DNA from: Sneathiellales bacterium
GTDB lineage: Bacteria > Pseudomonadota > Alphaproteobacteria > Sneathiellales > Sneathiellaceae
Direction: 5' to 3'
NCBI GenBank assembly: GCA_022360775.1
Contig: JAKSCD010000118.1
Coordinates: forward strand, 1-56,551
Length of the DNA: 56,551 nt
Below the pieces are notes generated by a model, which did no database searches, had not been told where the DNA came from, and saw only the letters and a list, made by a program, of their open reading frames with translations. How positions within the stretch are numbered: position 1 is the first letter of the stretch; the number at the start of each line of letters is the position of its first letter. This document shows positions 47,757 to 56,551 of the stretch, piece by piece. Position numbers and translations under genes: made by a program.

Positions 47757-48539
47757 ATGACACAATTTTATTCCTATTCTCCCGATTATCTTTGGTCCTT
47801 AATAGGGACCCCTTCTAGCCCGACACTTATTGACGTTCGTATTGATGAGGATTTTGACCAGGATCCTCGCCTTCTTCCTGCGGCCGTGCGCTTGTCCCAT
47901 ATGCAAATGGAACACTGGACGCTTGCGCCTTCAGAAAAGCAGGTTCTTGTTTATTGTGAGAAGGGATTGAAGCTAAGTGAAGGGGGTGCGGCATGGTTGC
48001 GCCTTTCGGGCATAAAGGCAGGTATTCTTCAGGGGGGATTTCAAAATTGGCGCGCTTGTGGTTTTTCCCTTGTTCCGGCCGCAGAAATCCCTGAACGCTT
48101 CGAAAGCGGTACAAGGTGGGTGTTGCCACAGCGTGGAGGCGTGGGTCATATTGCCTGTGCTTGGCTTGTTCGCCGGTTTATCGATGAGGATGCGGTTTTT
48201 CTTTTTGTTGGCGAAGAGCAAACCGATGCTGTTGCAGAACGATATCAGGCGGGATCTTTTGATCAGAAGAGGCTTGATGGCGGTGTTGAGGCGACGACCG
48301 GCCGGTTCTCGGCGCTGATGGCGACCTTTAAACTGCAAACGTCAGCGCTTCAAAAACTAGCCGGGATTATTGATGCAATTGAGCGGGCAGAACCACAACA
48401 GGTTCCCGAGGCGATTGGATTTTGTGCTCTTTTAGAGGGATTGTCGCATATGTGTCATGATGATCTGAAACAACTGGAAGCACAGATGCCTTTTTACGAT
48501 GCTCTTTATCATTGGGCGCAGGAACAAGAAGATGAGTGA
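47757..48539 (+). CDS. chrB: Rhodanese + ChrB C-terminal domain protein
   Basis: LIDVR, VYCEKG rhodanese loop; IACAWLVRRFID; FYDALY.W; start after AAAGGA. Confidence 0.82.
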   Translation: MTQFYSYSPDYLWSLIGTPSSPTLIDVRIDEDFDQDPRLLPAAVRLSHMQMEHWTLAPSEKQVLVYCEKGLKLSEGGAAWLRLSGIKAGILQGGFQNWRACGFSLVPAAEIPERFESGTRWVLPQRGGVGHIACAWLVRRFIDEDAVFLFVGEEQTDAVAERYQAGSFDQKRLDGGVEATTGRFSALMATFKLQTSALQKLAGIIDAIERAEPQQVPEAIGFCALLEGLSHMCHDDLKQLEAQMPFYDALYHWAQEQEDE

Positions 48540-49896
48540 GATCACAAAAGAGAACCGGATCCACCCACAGGGAACAGGCCGAAGAAATATTCCTTTTGGT
48601 GAAGCCTTTCAGGTCTGGTTAAAAATAGCGCTGCTTAGTTTTGGGGGACCTGCCGGGCAGATCGCGGTGATGCACCGTTTGCTGGTTGAAGAAAAGAAAT
48701 GGTTGAGTGAAGCCCGGTTTCTGCATGCGTTGAATTTCTGCATGCTGCTTCCAGGCCCGGAAGCACAACAGCTGACAATTTATATTGGATGGCTGACCCA
48801 TAGGGTGATAGGTGGGGTCGTTGCTGGTATTCTGTTTGTTCTACCCGGGGCCCTTGCGATGATGGCGCTATCCTGGATTTATGTTCTTTATAGTGACCAG
48901 GGGATTGTTGCGGGTCTTTTCTTTGGGTTGAAAGCGGCTGTGCTTGCCATAGTCTTGCAGGCTGTCGTGAAAATCGGGCAAAAGGCACTTTTCTCCCGCC
49001 TGTTATATATCGTTTCTGCTTTTTCTTTCGTAGGTATTTTTTTTCTGGGTCTTCCTTTTCCTGTCATAATTTTTATGGCGGCGTTGTTTGGTTTTATCGC
49101 TGGAAAGCAGGGTTGGATTGACCGTGGTAACATGGAAACGGACCAGCATCTGGAAGAAATTCCACTTCGCAGATCTGAGGGAAGTAGTCTTTTAATGCTG
49201 GCAAGCTGCCTTTTGCTCCTGTGGCTGGGACCGGTATTCGGTATTGGCTTTTTTCTGGGACCAGACAGTGTTTACGGAGATATTGCCGGCTTTTTCTCCA
49301 AAATGGCGGTGGTCACTTTTGGCGGGGCATACGCTGTCCTTTCTTATGTCGCACAGGCTGCGGTCGGCGATTTCGGATGGTTGCAGCCTGGTGAAATGCT
49401 GGATGGCCTGGGTATGGCAGAGACCACACCGGGCCCATTGATCATGGTTACGCAATTCGTTGGTTTTATGGGGGCATACCGGGACCCGGGCACTCTTTCT
49501 CCGTTACTGGCAGGCACACTCGGCGGGCTTTTGACGACCTGGGTGACCTTCGCACCTTGTTTTCTGTGGATTTTTTTAGGTGCTCCCTATGTGGAGCGAC
49601 TGCGTGAAAATGAAGCGTTGCGGGATGCTCTGACAGTGATCACGGCAGCTGTGGCCGGAGTTATACTGAACCTTGCGATCTGGTTTGGATTACATGTCCT
49701 GTTCAGGGAGCTGACGGTTGAGACGTTCGGGTTTCTTCATCTGAATGTTCCCACTTGGTCAAGTTTTGACATTCTCTCTGCGGGTCTTTCTGTTCTTGCC
49801 CTGATCGCGGTTTTTCGTTTCAAAATGGGCATGCTGCCGCTTATCGGCGCGGCAGCTTTGGCTGGAATGGCGCTGGCAGTCTTTGGTACCTTTTAG
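48532..49896 (+). CDS. chrA: Long-chain CHR chromate efflux transporter
   Basis: SFGGPAGQIAVMH, LPGPEAQQL, TFGGAYAVL, AETTPGPLIMV. Confidence 0.95.
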   Translation: MSEITKENRIHPQGTGRRNIPFGEAFQVWLKIALLSFGGPAGQIAVMHRLLVEEKKWLSEARFLHALNFCMLLPGPEAQQLTIYIGWLTHRVIGGVVAGILFVLPGALAMMALSWIYVLYSDQGIVAGLFFGLKAAVLAIVLQAVVKIGQKALFSRLLYIVSAFSFVGIFFLGLPFPVIIFMAALFGFIAGKQGWIDRGNMETDQHLEEIPLRRSEGSSLLMLASCLLLLWLGPVFGIGFFLGPDSVYGDIAGFFSKMAVVTFGGAYAVLSYVAQAAVGDFGWLQPGEMLDGLGMAETTPGPLIMVTQFVGFMGAYRDPGTLSPLLAGTLGGLLTTWVTFAPCFLWIFLGAPYVERLRENEALRDALTVITAAVAGVILNLAIWFGLHVLFRELTVETFGFLHLNVPTWSSFDILSAGLSVLALIAVFRFKMGMLPLIGAAALAGMALAVFGTF

Positions 49897-50822
49897 TAGC
49901 CTTTATCAGGATCAACCTGGTTTAGCAGGATTTCTCCCGACCGGGCCCGCAAGATATTTTCTGCTGCAAGGGCTGCTACGCGATCAGGCGCGGCAATACT
50001 GGCAACATGTGGTGTGATCCGGACCTTCGGATGAGCCCAGAGAGGGTTCTCTTTTGGCAGGGGCTCCGTATGAAACACATCCAGCGTAGCCGCAGAGAGA
50101 TGACCACTATCCAGGGCATCAACGAGATCCTGTTCCACAAGCTGGGGACCACGGCCCGGATTAATGATTGCGGCGCCCTCTGGCAGTTTTGCAAATAAAT
50201 CCCTGCTCAGGACGCCTGTCGTTTCCTCAGTCAGCGGCAGAAGGCAAATAAGGATTTCGGTGCGGGCAAGAAAGGCATCCAGCTCGTCAGGTCCGGCAAA
50301 GCTTTCTACACCTTTCACTTCCTTTTTGCTTCTGCTCCATCCTGCAACATCGAAATTCATCATCTTGAGGGTTAGGGCCGCTCCTGTACCGAGGGCACCA
50401 AGACCGAGGATCCCCACTTTTCTATTGCGGGCTGCCGGAGCATGTTTTTCTTTCCAGATATGTTCTCTTTGCTGCTGATCATATCGATGTTGATACCGGT
50501 GATGATTAAGGACGTGCTGCAGGACATATTCGCTCATCCGGTCGGTAAGCTCTTCATCAATGACCCGGGCGATAGGAAGATGACGCGGAAATTCCGGATC
50601 TTCAAAAAAATGGTCAACGCCCGCCCCTAAGGAAAATACTGCTTTCAAATTGGGAAGGCTGGCTAGGACACCATGAGGCATGGCGAAACACAGCGCAAAT
50701 TCGATATCGTCTGGATTGCCAATGTCCGGGTAGAAGCGGACCTCCAGATCAGGAACATGCTTTTTCAGCTCTGCTCTCCACCAGTCGTCACGTTTGATTT
50801 TGCTATGGAACAATAGCGCCAT
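49893..50822 (-). CDS. ghrA: Glyoxylate/hydroxypyruvate reductase A family 2-hydroxyacid dehydrogenase
   Basis: SLGAGVDH, GILGLGALG, LLPLT, INPGRG, LDVF..EPL, TPHVAS. Confidence 0.88.
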   Translation of the reverse strand: MALLFHSKIKRDDWWRAELKKHVPDLEVRFYPDIGNPDDIEFALCFAMPHGVLASLPNLKAVFSLGAGVDHFFEDPEFPRHLPIARVIDEELTDRMSEYVLQHVLNHHRYQHRYDQQQREHIWKEKHAPAARNRKVGILGLGALGTGAALTLKMMNFDVAGWSRSKKEVKGVESFAGPDELDAFLARTEILICLLPLTEETTGVLSRDLFAKLPEGAAIINPGRGPQLVEQDLVDALDSGHLSAATLDVFHTEPLPKENPLWAHPKVRITPHVASIAAPDRVAALAAENILRARSGEILLNQVDPDKGY

Positions 50823-50846
50823 GGGTTTTATTCCCTCTTCTTTTTA

Positions 50847-52454
50847 TTAACTTTCCAGGGTAGCCAACTCAAAAGCTGCCCTCATTAGAGCTTTGGTATA
50901 GCGGGTTTGTGGATTATCAAAAATCTGCTCTGCCGGACCTTGCTCGACAACCTTACCATTTTTCATGACCAGAACAGTATCTGCAAGGGCGCGAACAACC
51001 TTGAGATCATGGCTGATAAACAGATAGGCCAGATTATGTTTTCTCTGTAGATCACGAAGCAGGTCCACGATCTGGGCCTGAACTGACATATCAAGCGCGG
51101 AAGTTGGCTCGTCCAGGATAATAAATTTGGGTTTCAGGATCAGCGCACGGGCAATAGAAATTCTCTGACGTTGACCCCCGGAGAATTCATGGGGATAACG
51201 ATCCTGCGCCTCTGCCGGAATGCCCACTTCTTCAAGCGTTTCACCGATCAGTTTACGGCGTGCCTCATTATTTCCTTTGCCCTGATGAACCAGCAATCCC
51301 TCTTCGATGATTTGCCCCACAGAAAGGCGGGGGCTTAGACTTGAATAGGGATCCTGAAACACAATTTGAATGTCAGATCTTAATGGGCGTAAGCTTTTCC
51401 AATCGGCGTTCTGGATAGAATTTCCCTCAAACAGGATTTCCCCTTCTGACTTAATCAGTCTTAAAAGGGCCAGGCCAAGTGTGGATTTGCCGGAGCCACT
51501 TTCCCCGACAATCCCGACTGTATGTCCCGCTTTTACGGAAACAGAAATATCATCCACCGCTTTGACATAATCAACTGTGCGTTTGAGAAGTCCTGCCTTA
51601 ATGGGAAAATAAACCTTGAGATTATCGCCGCGCATCACTTCCGGTGCGTCTTCCGATTTGTTGCCAGGCAGGCCTTTAGGTTCGGCAGCCAGAAGCATTT
51701 TCGTATAATCATGCTGGGGGCTTGTAAAGATATTCTCTGTCGGTCCCGCTTCAACAATCTCCCCTTGTGTCATCACACAGACATCTTTCGCCATTTTCCG
51801 AACAATCCCGAGGTCATGGGTGATCAGCAGAATAGCCATGCCGAGCCGTTTCTGCAGGTCCTGAAGCAATTCGAGGATTTGCGCTTGAATGGTTACATCC
51901 AGTGCTGTCGTTGGTTCATCAGCGATCAGAAGATCCGGCTCATTTGCGAGGGCCATGGCGATCATCACCCGCTGGCGCTGTCCGCCAGAAAGCTGATGAG
52001 GATAAGCTTTTAATCGATCTTCAGTGGCCTCAAGTCCGACAAGTTCCAACAGCTCCCTGACCCGTTTACTTGCATCGGCTTTGCTCATGCCTTTATGAAC
52101 CAGCAGGGTTTCATTGATCTGCTTTTCGATTGTATGAAGCGGATTGAGAGAGGTCATGGGCTCCTGAAAGACCATGGAAATTTTATTGCCCCGAATGCCC
52201 TGCATATCTTTCTGGGCTTTGCCAACAACTTCCTCTCCTTCCACAAGGATTGATCCTGTTGGATGTGAGGCGAGCGGATAGGGGAGAAGCTGCAGGATAC
52301 TCAAGGCTGAAATTGATTTGCCGGACCCACTTTCACCGACCAGTGCCAGTGTCTCTCCCTTGTTGATCTCAAAGCTGATCCCTTTGACGGCCGGGATATC
52401 CTTTCCCTTAACTTTGAAGGAGATCCCGAGATTTGTGACGCTTACCAAGGCCAT
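50847..52454 (-). CDS. yejF: Peptide ABC transporter double-ATPase subunit
   Basis: Two GESGSGKS Walker A motifs, two YPHxxSGGQRQR. Confidence 0.92.
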   Translation of the reverse strand: MALVSVTNLGISFKVKGKDIPAVKGISFEINKGETLALVGESGSGKSISALSILQLLPYPLASHPTGSILVEGEEVVGKAQKDMQGIRGNKISMVFQEPMTSLNPLHTIEKQINETLLVHKGMSKADASKRVRELLELVGLEATEDRLKAYPHQLSGGQRQRVMIAMALANEPDLLIADEPTTALDVTIQAQILELLQDLQKRLGMAILLITHDLGIVRKMAKDVCVMTQGEIVEAGPTENIFTSPQHDYTKMLLAAEPKGLPGNKSEDAPEVMRGDNLKVYFPIKAGLLKRTVDYVKAVDDISVSVKAGHTVGIVGESGSGKSTLGLALLRLIKSEGEILFEGNSIQNADWKSLRPLRSDIQIVFQDPYSSLSPRLSVGQIIEEGLLVHQGKGNNEARRKLIGETLEEVGIPAEAQDRYPHEFSGGQRQRISIARALILKPKFIILDEPTSALDMSVQAQIVDLLRDLQRKHNLAYLFISHDLKVVRALADTVLVMKNGKVVEQGPAEQIFDNPQTRYTKALMRAAFELATLES

Positions 52455-53482
52455 TATTGAAACGTCTTTCTGGGGTCAAACGCATCGCGAATGCCCTCTT
52501 GCATGAAAAAGGCGAGAGTGAGCATGACTGAGAGGGTCAGAAAAGCTGTAATACCCAGCCAGGGGGCTTGCAGATTTGCTTTTCCTTGCGCAAGAAGTTC
52601 GCCCAGGGACGGAGAGCCCGGCGGCAACCCCAAACCCAAAAAGTCGAGAGAGGTGAGGCTGACAATCGACCCGGTCAGGATAAAAGGCAGGAATGTAAGC
52701 GCCGAAACCATCGAATTGGGCAGAAGATGCTTGAAGATAATAACGCTATCACGAACACCAAGCGCTCTGGCCGCGCGTACATAATCAAAATTCCTGGATC
52801 TTAAAAACTCTGCGCGGACCACCCCGACCAGGCTCGGCCAACTGAAGAGAAGCAGCAGAAACAGTAAAATCAGGAAAGTCGGTTCAATAAGGGCGGCAAG
52901 GATAATCAGAATATAAAGGCTGGGCATCCCCCCCCAGATTTCCAGTAATCTTTGGAAAATCAGATCCGTCATGCCGCCAAAATAGCCTTGCACAGCTCCT
53001 GCTGCCACCCCAATGATTGAACTTAAAATTGTCAGGATTAATCCGAAGGCAACTGAAATCCGGTAACCATAGATCACCCGCGCCAGTACATCCCGGCCCT
53101 GATCATCTGTCCCCAGCAGGTTTTCGCCATCCGGTGAACTTGGCGCCGGGGATTTGAGGTCATAATTGATAGTGGTGTAGCTGTAACGGATGGGGGGCCA
53201 GATCATCCACCCTCCCTCTTCTTCAATCAGTTCGCTGACAAAGGGGTCTCGGTAATCCGCCTCGGTTTCAAAATCACCTCCAAAAACTGTTTCCGGATAT
53301 TCGATCAGGAAGGGGGTATATAATTCATCCTTATAGGAAATCAGCAGCGGTTTATCATTGGCAATCAGCTCTGCGAACAGGGATAGGATAAACAGGCCCA
53401 AAAAAATGATCATGGACCAGTAACCTCGCCGGTTGGCCTTGAAATTTTCAAGCCGCCTCTGATTGATCGGGGAAAGCGTCAT
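52454..53482 (-). CDS. yejE: Peptide ABC permease
   Basis: NRRGYWS, AELIANDKPL, LGTDDQGRDV, VQGYFGG. Confidence 0.93.
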   Translation of the reverse strand: MTLSPINQRRLENFKANRRGYWSMIIFLGLFILSLFAELIANDKPLLISYKDELYTPFLIEYPETVFGGDFETEADYRDPFVSELIEEEGGWMIWPPIRYSYTTINYDLKSPAPSSPDGENLLGTDDQGRDVLARVIYGYRISVAFGLILTILSSIIGVAAGAVQGYFGGMTDLIFQRLLEIWGGMPSLYILIILAALIEPTFLILLFLLLLFSWPSLVGVVRAEFLRSRNFDYVRAARALGVRDSVIIFKHLLPNSMVSALTFLPFILTGSIVSLTSLDFLGLGLPPGSPSLGELLAQGKANLQAPWLGITAFLTLSVMLTLAFFMQEGIRDAFDPRKTFQ

Positions 53483-53484
53483 GA

Positions 53485-54591
53485 TCAGGCCTCCCTCGCT
53501 TCAAAATCGATCCTTGGATCAATCAGCGTATAGGTAAGGTCACCGATCAGGTTCATGATCAGGCCAAGAAGTGCAAAGACATAAACCGTTGCGAAGATAA
53601 CCGGATAGTCGCGATTGATGGCGGCTTCAAACCCCAGAAGGCCGAGACCATCCAGGCTGAAGATAACCTCAATCAGCAAGGAGCCGGTAAAGAGGATACC
53701 AATAAAAGCGCTTGGAAATCCGGCAATGACAATCAACATGGCATTTCTGAAAACATGCCCGTACAAAACTCTTTGTTCTGAAAGGCCCTTGGCTTTGGCT
53801 GTGAGCACATATTGCTGGCTGATCTGGTCGAGAAAAGAGTTTTTGGTGAGCTGAGTGAGAGCAGCAAATCCACCAATGACCATGGCGGTCACAGGAAGCG
53901 CGATATGCCAGAAATAATCGGCGATTTTGCCAAACAGACTGAGTTCTTCAAAATTCTCTGATGTAAGGCCTCTTAGCGGGAACCAGTCGAGATAAGAGCC
54001 ACCGGCAAAGAAAACAATCAGGGCAACAGCGAACAGGAAACTGGGAATAGCATTGCCGACAATCACCAGACTGCTGGTCCAGATATCAAAACGGCTGCCA
54101 TCTTTCACCGCTTTCTTGATACCAAGCGGTATCGAGATCAGGTAGACAAGCAAGGTTGTCCAAAGCCCTAAGGATATGGAAACAGGCAGTTTTTCAAGAA
54201 CCAGATTTACAACGCTTTCATCACGGAAATAACTGTTGCCAAAATCAAAAACCAGATAGTTTTTCATCATCAGGAAAAACCGTTCATGAGCAGGTTTATC
54301 AAACCCGAACTGTTTTTCCAGTTCCTTGATGAACTCCGGATCCAGTCCTTGCGCGCCGCGATAGGAATTTTCCGACCCGCTTGTCACGCTTCCTGACTGA
54401 CCGCCAGATACATCACCGGCACCACTGCCGCCAATGCGGGACGTGGCACCAACGGCAGTTCCCTGGATTTCGGCGATAATCTGCTCGATCGGACCACCAG
54501 GGGCAAATTGAATAACTGCGAAATTGAGAACCATGATCCCGAACAATGTCGGGATCATCAGGAGAAGGCGTCTGAGTATATAGGCCAGCAA
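53485..54591 (-). CDS. yejB: Peptide ABC permease
   Basis: [38 protein letters not shown]. Confidence 0.94.
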   Translation of the reverse strand: MLAYILRRLLLMIPTLFGIMVLNFAVIQFAPGGPIEQIIAEIQGTAVGATSRIGGSGAGDVSGGQSGSVTSGSENSYRGAQGLDPEFIKELEKQFGFDKPAHERFFLMMKNYLVFDFGNSYFRDESVVNLVLEKLPVSISLGLWTTLLVYLISIPLGIKKAVKDGSRFDIWTSSLVIVGNAIPSFLFAVALIVFFAGGSYLDWFPLRGLTSENFEELSLFGKIADYFWHIALPVTAMVIGGFAALTQLTKNSFLDQISQQYVLTAKAKGLSEQRVLYGHVFRNAMLIVIAGFPSAFIGILFTGSLLIEVIFSLDGLGLLGFEAAINRDYPVIFATVYVFALLGLIMNLIGDLTYTLIDPRIDFEAREA

Positions 54592-54602
54592 TGGCTTCCC
54601 CT

Positions 54603-55787
54603 TTACTTTCGAAGTGCAGCTTCAACGGCTGCATTTTTCTCTTTATCCAACCACCAGGTATTAAGCGCTGCCCGATCATATCCCGGAGGTTTCGCCTCTG
54701 GTCTGCCAAAACGGTCCCAATAGGCGATGAAATGGCTCGCTTTGTACCATTGTGGAATTGTATAATGCCCCCACATGAGAACTCGATCAAGGGCGCGGGC
54801 TGCCGTGATCATTTGGTCCCGGCTTTCCGCTTTCACCACTTCCTCGATCAAAGCATCCACAGCTTTGTTTTTAATGCCAGCGATGTTAAGCCCGCCCGTG
54901 ATATCTGCGGAATTTGATCCCCACCAGTTGCGAAGTCCAACGCCAGGATAAGCGGGCTGACTTTGCCGACGAACAATGATGTCAAAATCGAAGGATCTTA
55001 ATCTGTTTTGCCAGCTTGCCGCATCCAGTATCCGGATGCGGGCATCCACTCCGATCCGCTCAAGGTTGCGAATGAAAGGATTTATGATCCGGGTGAAGGA
55101 ATTCTCAAATAGAAGAAATTCCAGGCTGAGCTGCTCGCCTTTGGCATTTTTCAGTTTTTTATCCTGAATGGTCCAGCCTGCTTCTTTCAGCTCGTTCAGG
55201 GCTGTACGGATCTGTTTTCTGATTTTGCCACTGCCATTAGTTATCGGCGGCCTGAAAGCGTCACCAAAAACAGTTTCAGGAAGGTCCAGCTTCCAGGGAT
55301 TGAGAAGGGCAAGCTCTGCATCATCTGGTGTCCCGGTCGCTTTCATCTCTGAATTTTCAAAAGTGGAGGAAAGCCGTTCATAGCTGTTATAGAACAGGTT
55401 TTTATTGGTCCATTCAAAATCAAACATGCGACCAAGGGCTCTTCGAACCCTGGGATCCTTGAACTGTTCTCGCCGTGTATTGAAGAAAAATGCCTGATAT
55501 CCGGTTAGGGCCTCACTTTTTATGACATCTTTCAAGATCAGTTTCTTTTCAACCGCTGGCTTTCCTTCATACTCTGTTGCCCAGGTACGGGACGTAAATT
55601 CTTCCCTGAAGTCATATTCGCCAGCAAAAAAGGCCTCGGTAGAGATGGTTCGGTCCCGGTAATAATCGACCTTGATCGTGTCAAAGTTAAACTGACCTTT
55701 ATAAACAGGGAGTTTCTCTGACCAGTGGTTTTTCACCCGTTCGTAAGTCACTGCTCGACCAGGATCCACTTTTACCATTTTATAGAC
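54603..55787 (-). CDS. yejA: Peptide ABC substrate-binding protein, 5'-truncated (no signal peptide, N-terminal part absent)
   Basis: YejA-like from [17 protein letters not shown] onward ([30 protein letters not shown]); similarity stops abruptly where a GSGPY-like motif is expected. Confidence 0.88.
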   Translation of the reverse strand, partial: VYKMVKVDPGRAVTYERVKNHWSEKLPVYKGQFNFDTIKVDYYRDRTISTEAFFAGEYDFREEFTSRTWATEYEGKPAVEKKLILKDVIKSEALTGYQAFFFNTRREQFKDPRVRRALGRMFDFEWTNKNLFYNSYERLSSTFENSEMKATGTPDDAELALLNPWKLDLPETVFGDAFRPPITNGSGKIRKQIRTALNELKEAGWTIQDKKLKNAKGEQLSLEFLLFENSFTRIINPFIRNLERIGVDARIRILDAASWQNRLRSFDFDIIVRRQSQPAYPGVGLRNWWGSNSADITGGLNIAGIKNKAVDALIEEVVKAESRDQMITAARALDRVLMWGHYTIPQWYKASHFIAYWDRFGRPEAKPPGYDRAALNTWWLDKEKNAAVEAALRK

Positions 55788-56551
55788 CAGAATACTCTGT
55801 ACCATACTGCAGTATGTTCAGTCTCCAGGTCATCGCAACAGGCAACGCAAGCCTTGCTCCAAGGATGGCTCCAATGGGCCGGTGCTCCAAAGCTGCTGGT
55901 CATGGACGCGGCATCAGAATTTAATTCTGATGAGTTTGGATGGTTTCTGCAAAAGTTTGGCATTCGTAGCAGAACCTGTGCCACTGAAGGCCATTGGCAG
56001 AACTCTAGAATCGAACGGCATGGGGGTATCCTTCAAACCATCCTCAACAAAATGGACCATGAAGAGACCATTTCATCCTATAGCCAATTATCCATAGCAC
56101 TTGCCCAGGCAACCTTGACCAAGAATCAATGGAGTCGTTTTAGAGGCTATCCCCCTGAGATACTGGTGTTTGGAAAAGGGTCGAAGATGCATGGTTCAGT
56201 AGTGAATGATGAAGAAACCGCCTCACACCATGCTGCTCTGAGTCCGTCCGCCGACGGTATCAGATTTCGTGAAGAGTTAGCCTGTCGTGAAAGGGCCCGA
56301 AGGGCCTATGTGTCCATTGACAATGATCAGGTGCTGCGAAGAGCCATCACTGGCAGGAGCCGACCCATTCGAGGTCAATACAATCCAGGTGACTGGGTCA
56401 TGTTGTGGAAGCGACGAGGGGAAGCTGAAGGACAGTGGGAAGGACCAATGCAAGTAGTCATCCAAGAGACAAGTCGAGTTGTTTGGGTCACAAAAGGGAC
56501 AAAACTGTATCGGGCTGCCCCTGAACATGTTAGACCACTGTCTGCAGTTGA
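55770..56551 (+). mobile_element. Fragment of LTR-retroelement-type integrase (rve core + C-terminal domain), open to the window end
   Basis: Stop-free frame: [10 protein letters not shown]...WLQWAGAPKLLVMDAASEF...GHWQNSRIERHG (D at 55905, E at 56013, exactly 35 residues between)...KN...GYPP..LVFG...YNPGDWVMLW...WEGPMQV...LYRAAPEHVRPL. Confidence 0.85.

Noticed and set aside
55788-55805. ATG at 55805 as the yejA start (ORF track)
   Set aside because: MVQSIL comes from the antisense of the integrase segment; there is no signal peptide and the protein would lack its N-terminal part.
55772-56528. Short ORFs 55772-55984(-), 55882-56097(+), 56277-56528(-)
   Set aside because: Shadows of the long stop-free integrase frame.
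55770-56551. Bacterial IS3/IS481 insertion into yejA
   Set aside because: No terminal inverted repeat or transposase N-terminus at the junction; the break is inside the catalytic core, and the C-terminal module is retroelement-like.
1-56551. CRISPR arrays, tRNA/rRNA, prophage or anti-phage defence genes
   Set aside because: No spaced direct-repeat array, cloverleaf, rRNA-like tract, or phage/defence motifs recognised by eye; intergenic gaps are short.

Overview
Mostly an ordinary gene-dense chromosomal segment of an alphaproteobacterium. Gene content includes VPLPA-CTERM proteins, TAXI, yejABEF, glcB and PilZ/receiver genes; finer taxonomy cannot be fixed from sequence alone. About 57 CDS are supported: redox and regulator divergons, a 12-gene surface-glycan locus (10.4-21.1 kb), a ProVWX-type ABC transporter, guaD, iclR/glcB, chrBA and yejABEF. 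No rRNA, tRNA or CRISPR array was seen. Highlights: (1) yejA is cut at about 55,785 and joined to a stop-free + strand frame, missed by the ORF track, encoding an LTR-retroelement-type D-x35-E integrase; this is probably an assembly chimera with eukaryotic DNA. (2) A LuxR solo with a non-AHL-like pocket sits next to two paralogous lipoproteins ending in DSSH, with the same 16-bp palindrome upstream of both units and one copy in lux-box position. (3) A candidate c-di-GMP/CheY module combines a CheZ/FliM-like tail protein, a PilZ protein and a Cle-like receiver. (4) The glycan pathway is heavily decorated (C-methyltransferase, CmcI, GNAT, WbqC, 2OG-dioxygenase). (5) A Pho-box-like triple repeat precedes a cytoplasmic CBS histidine kinase. 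All family calls come from motif recognition by eye; no searches were run.
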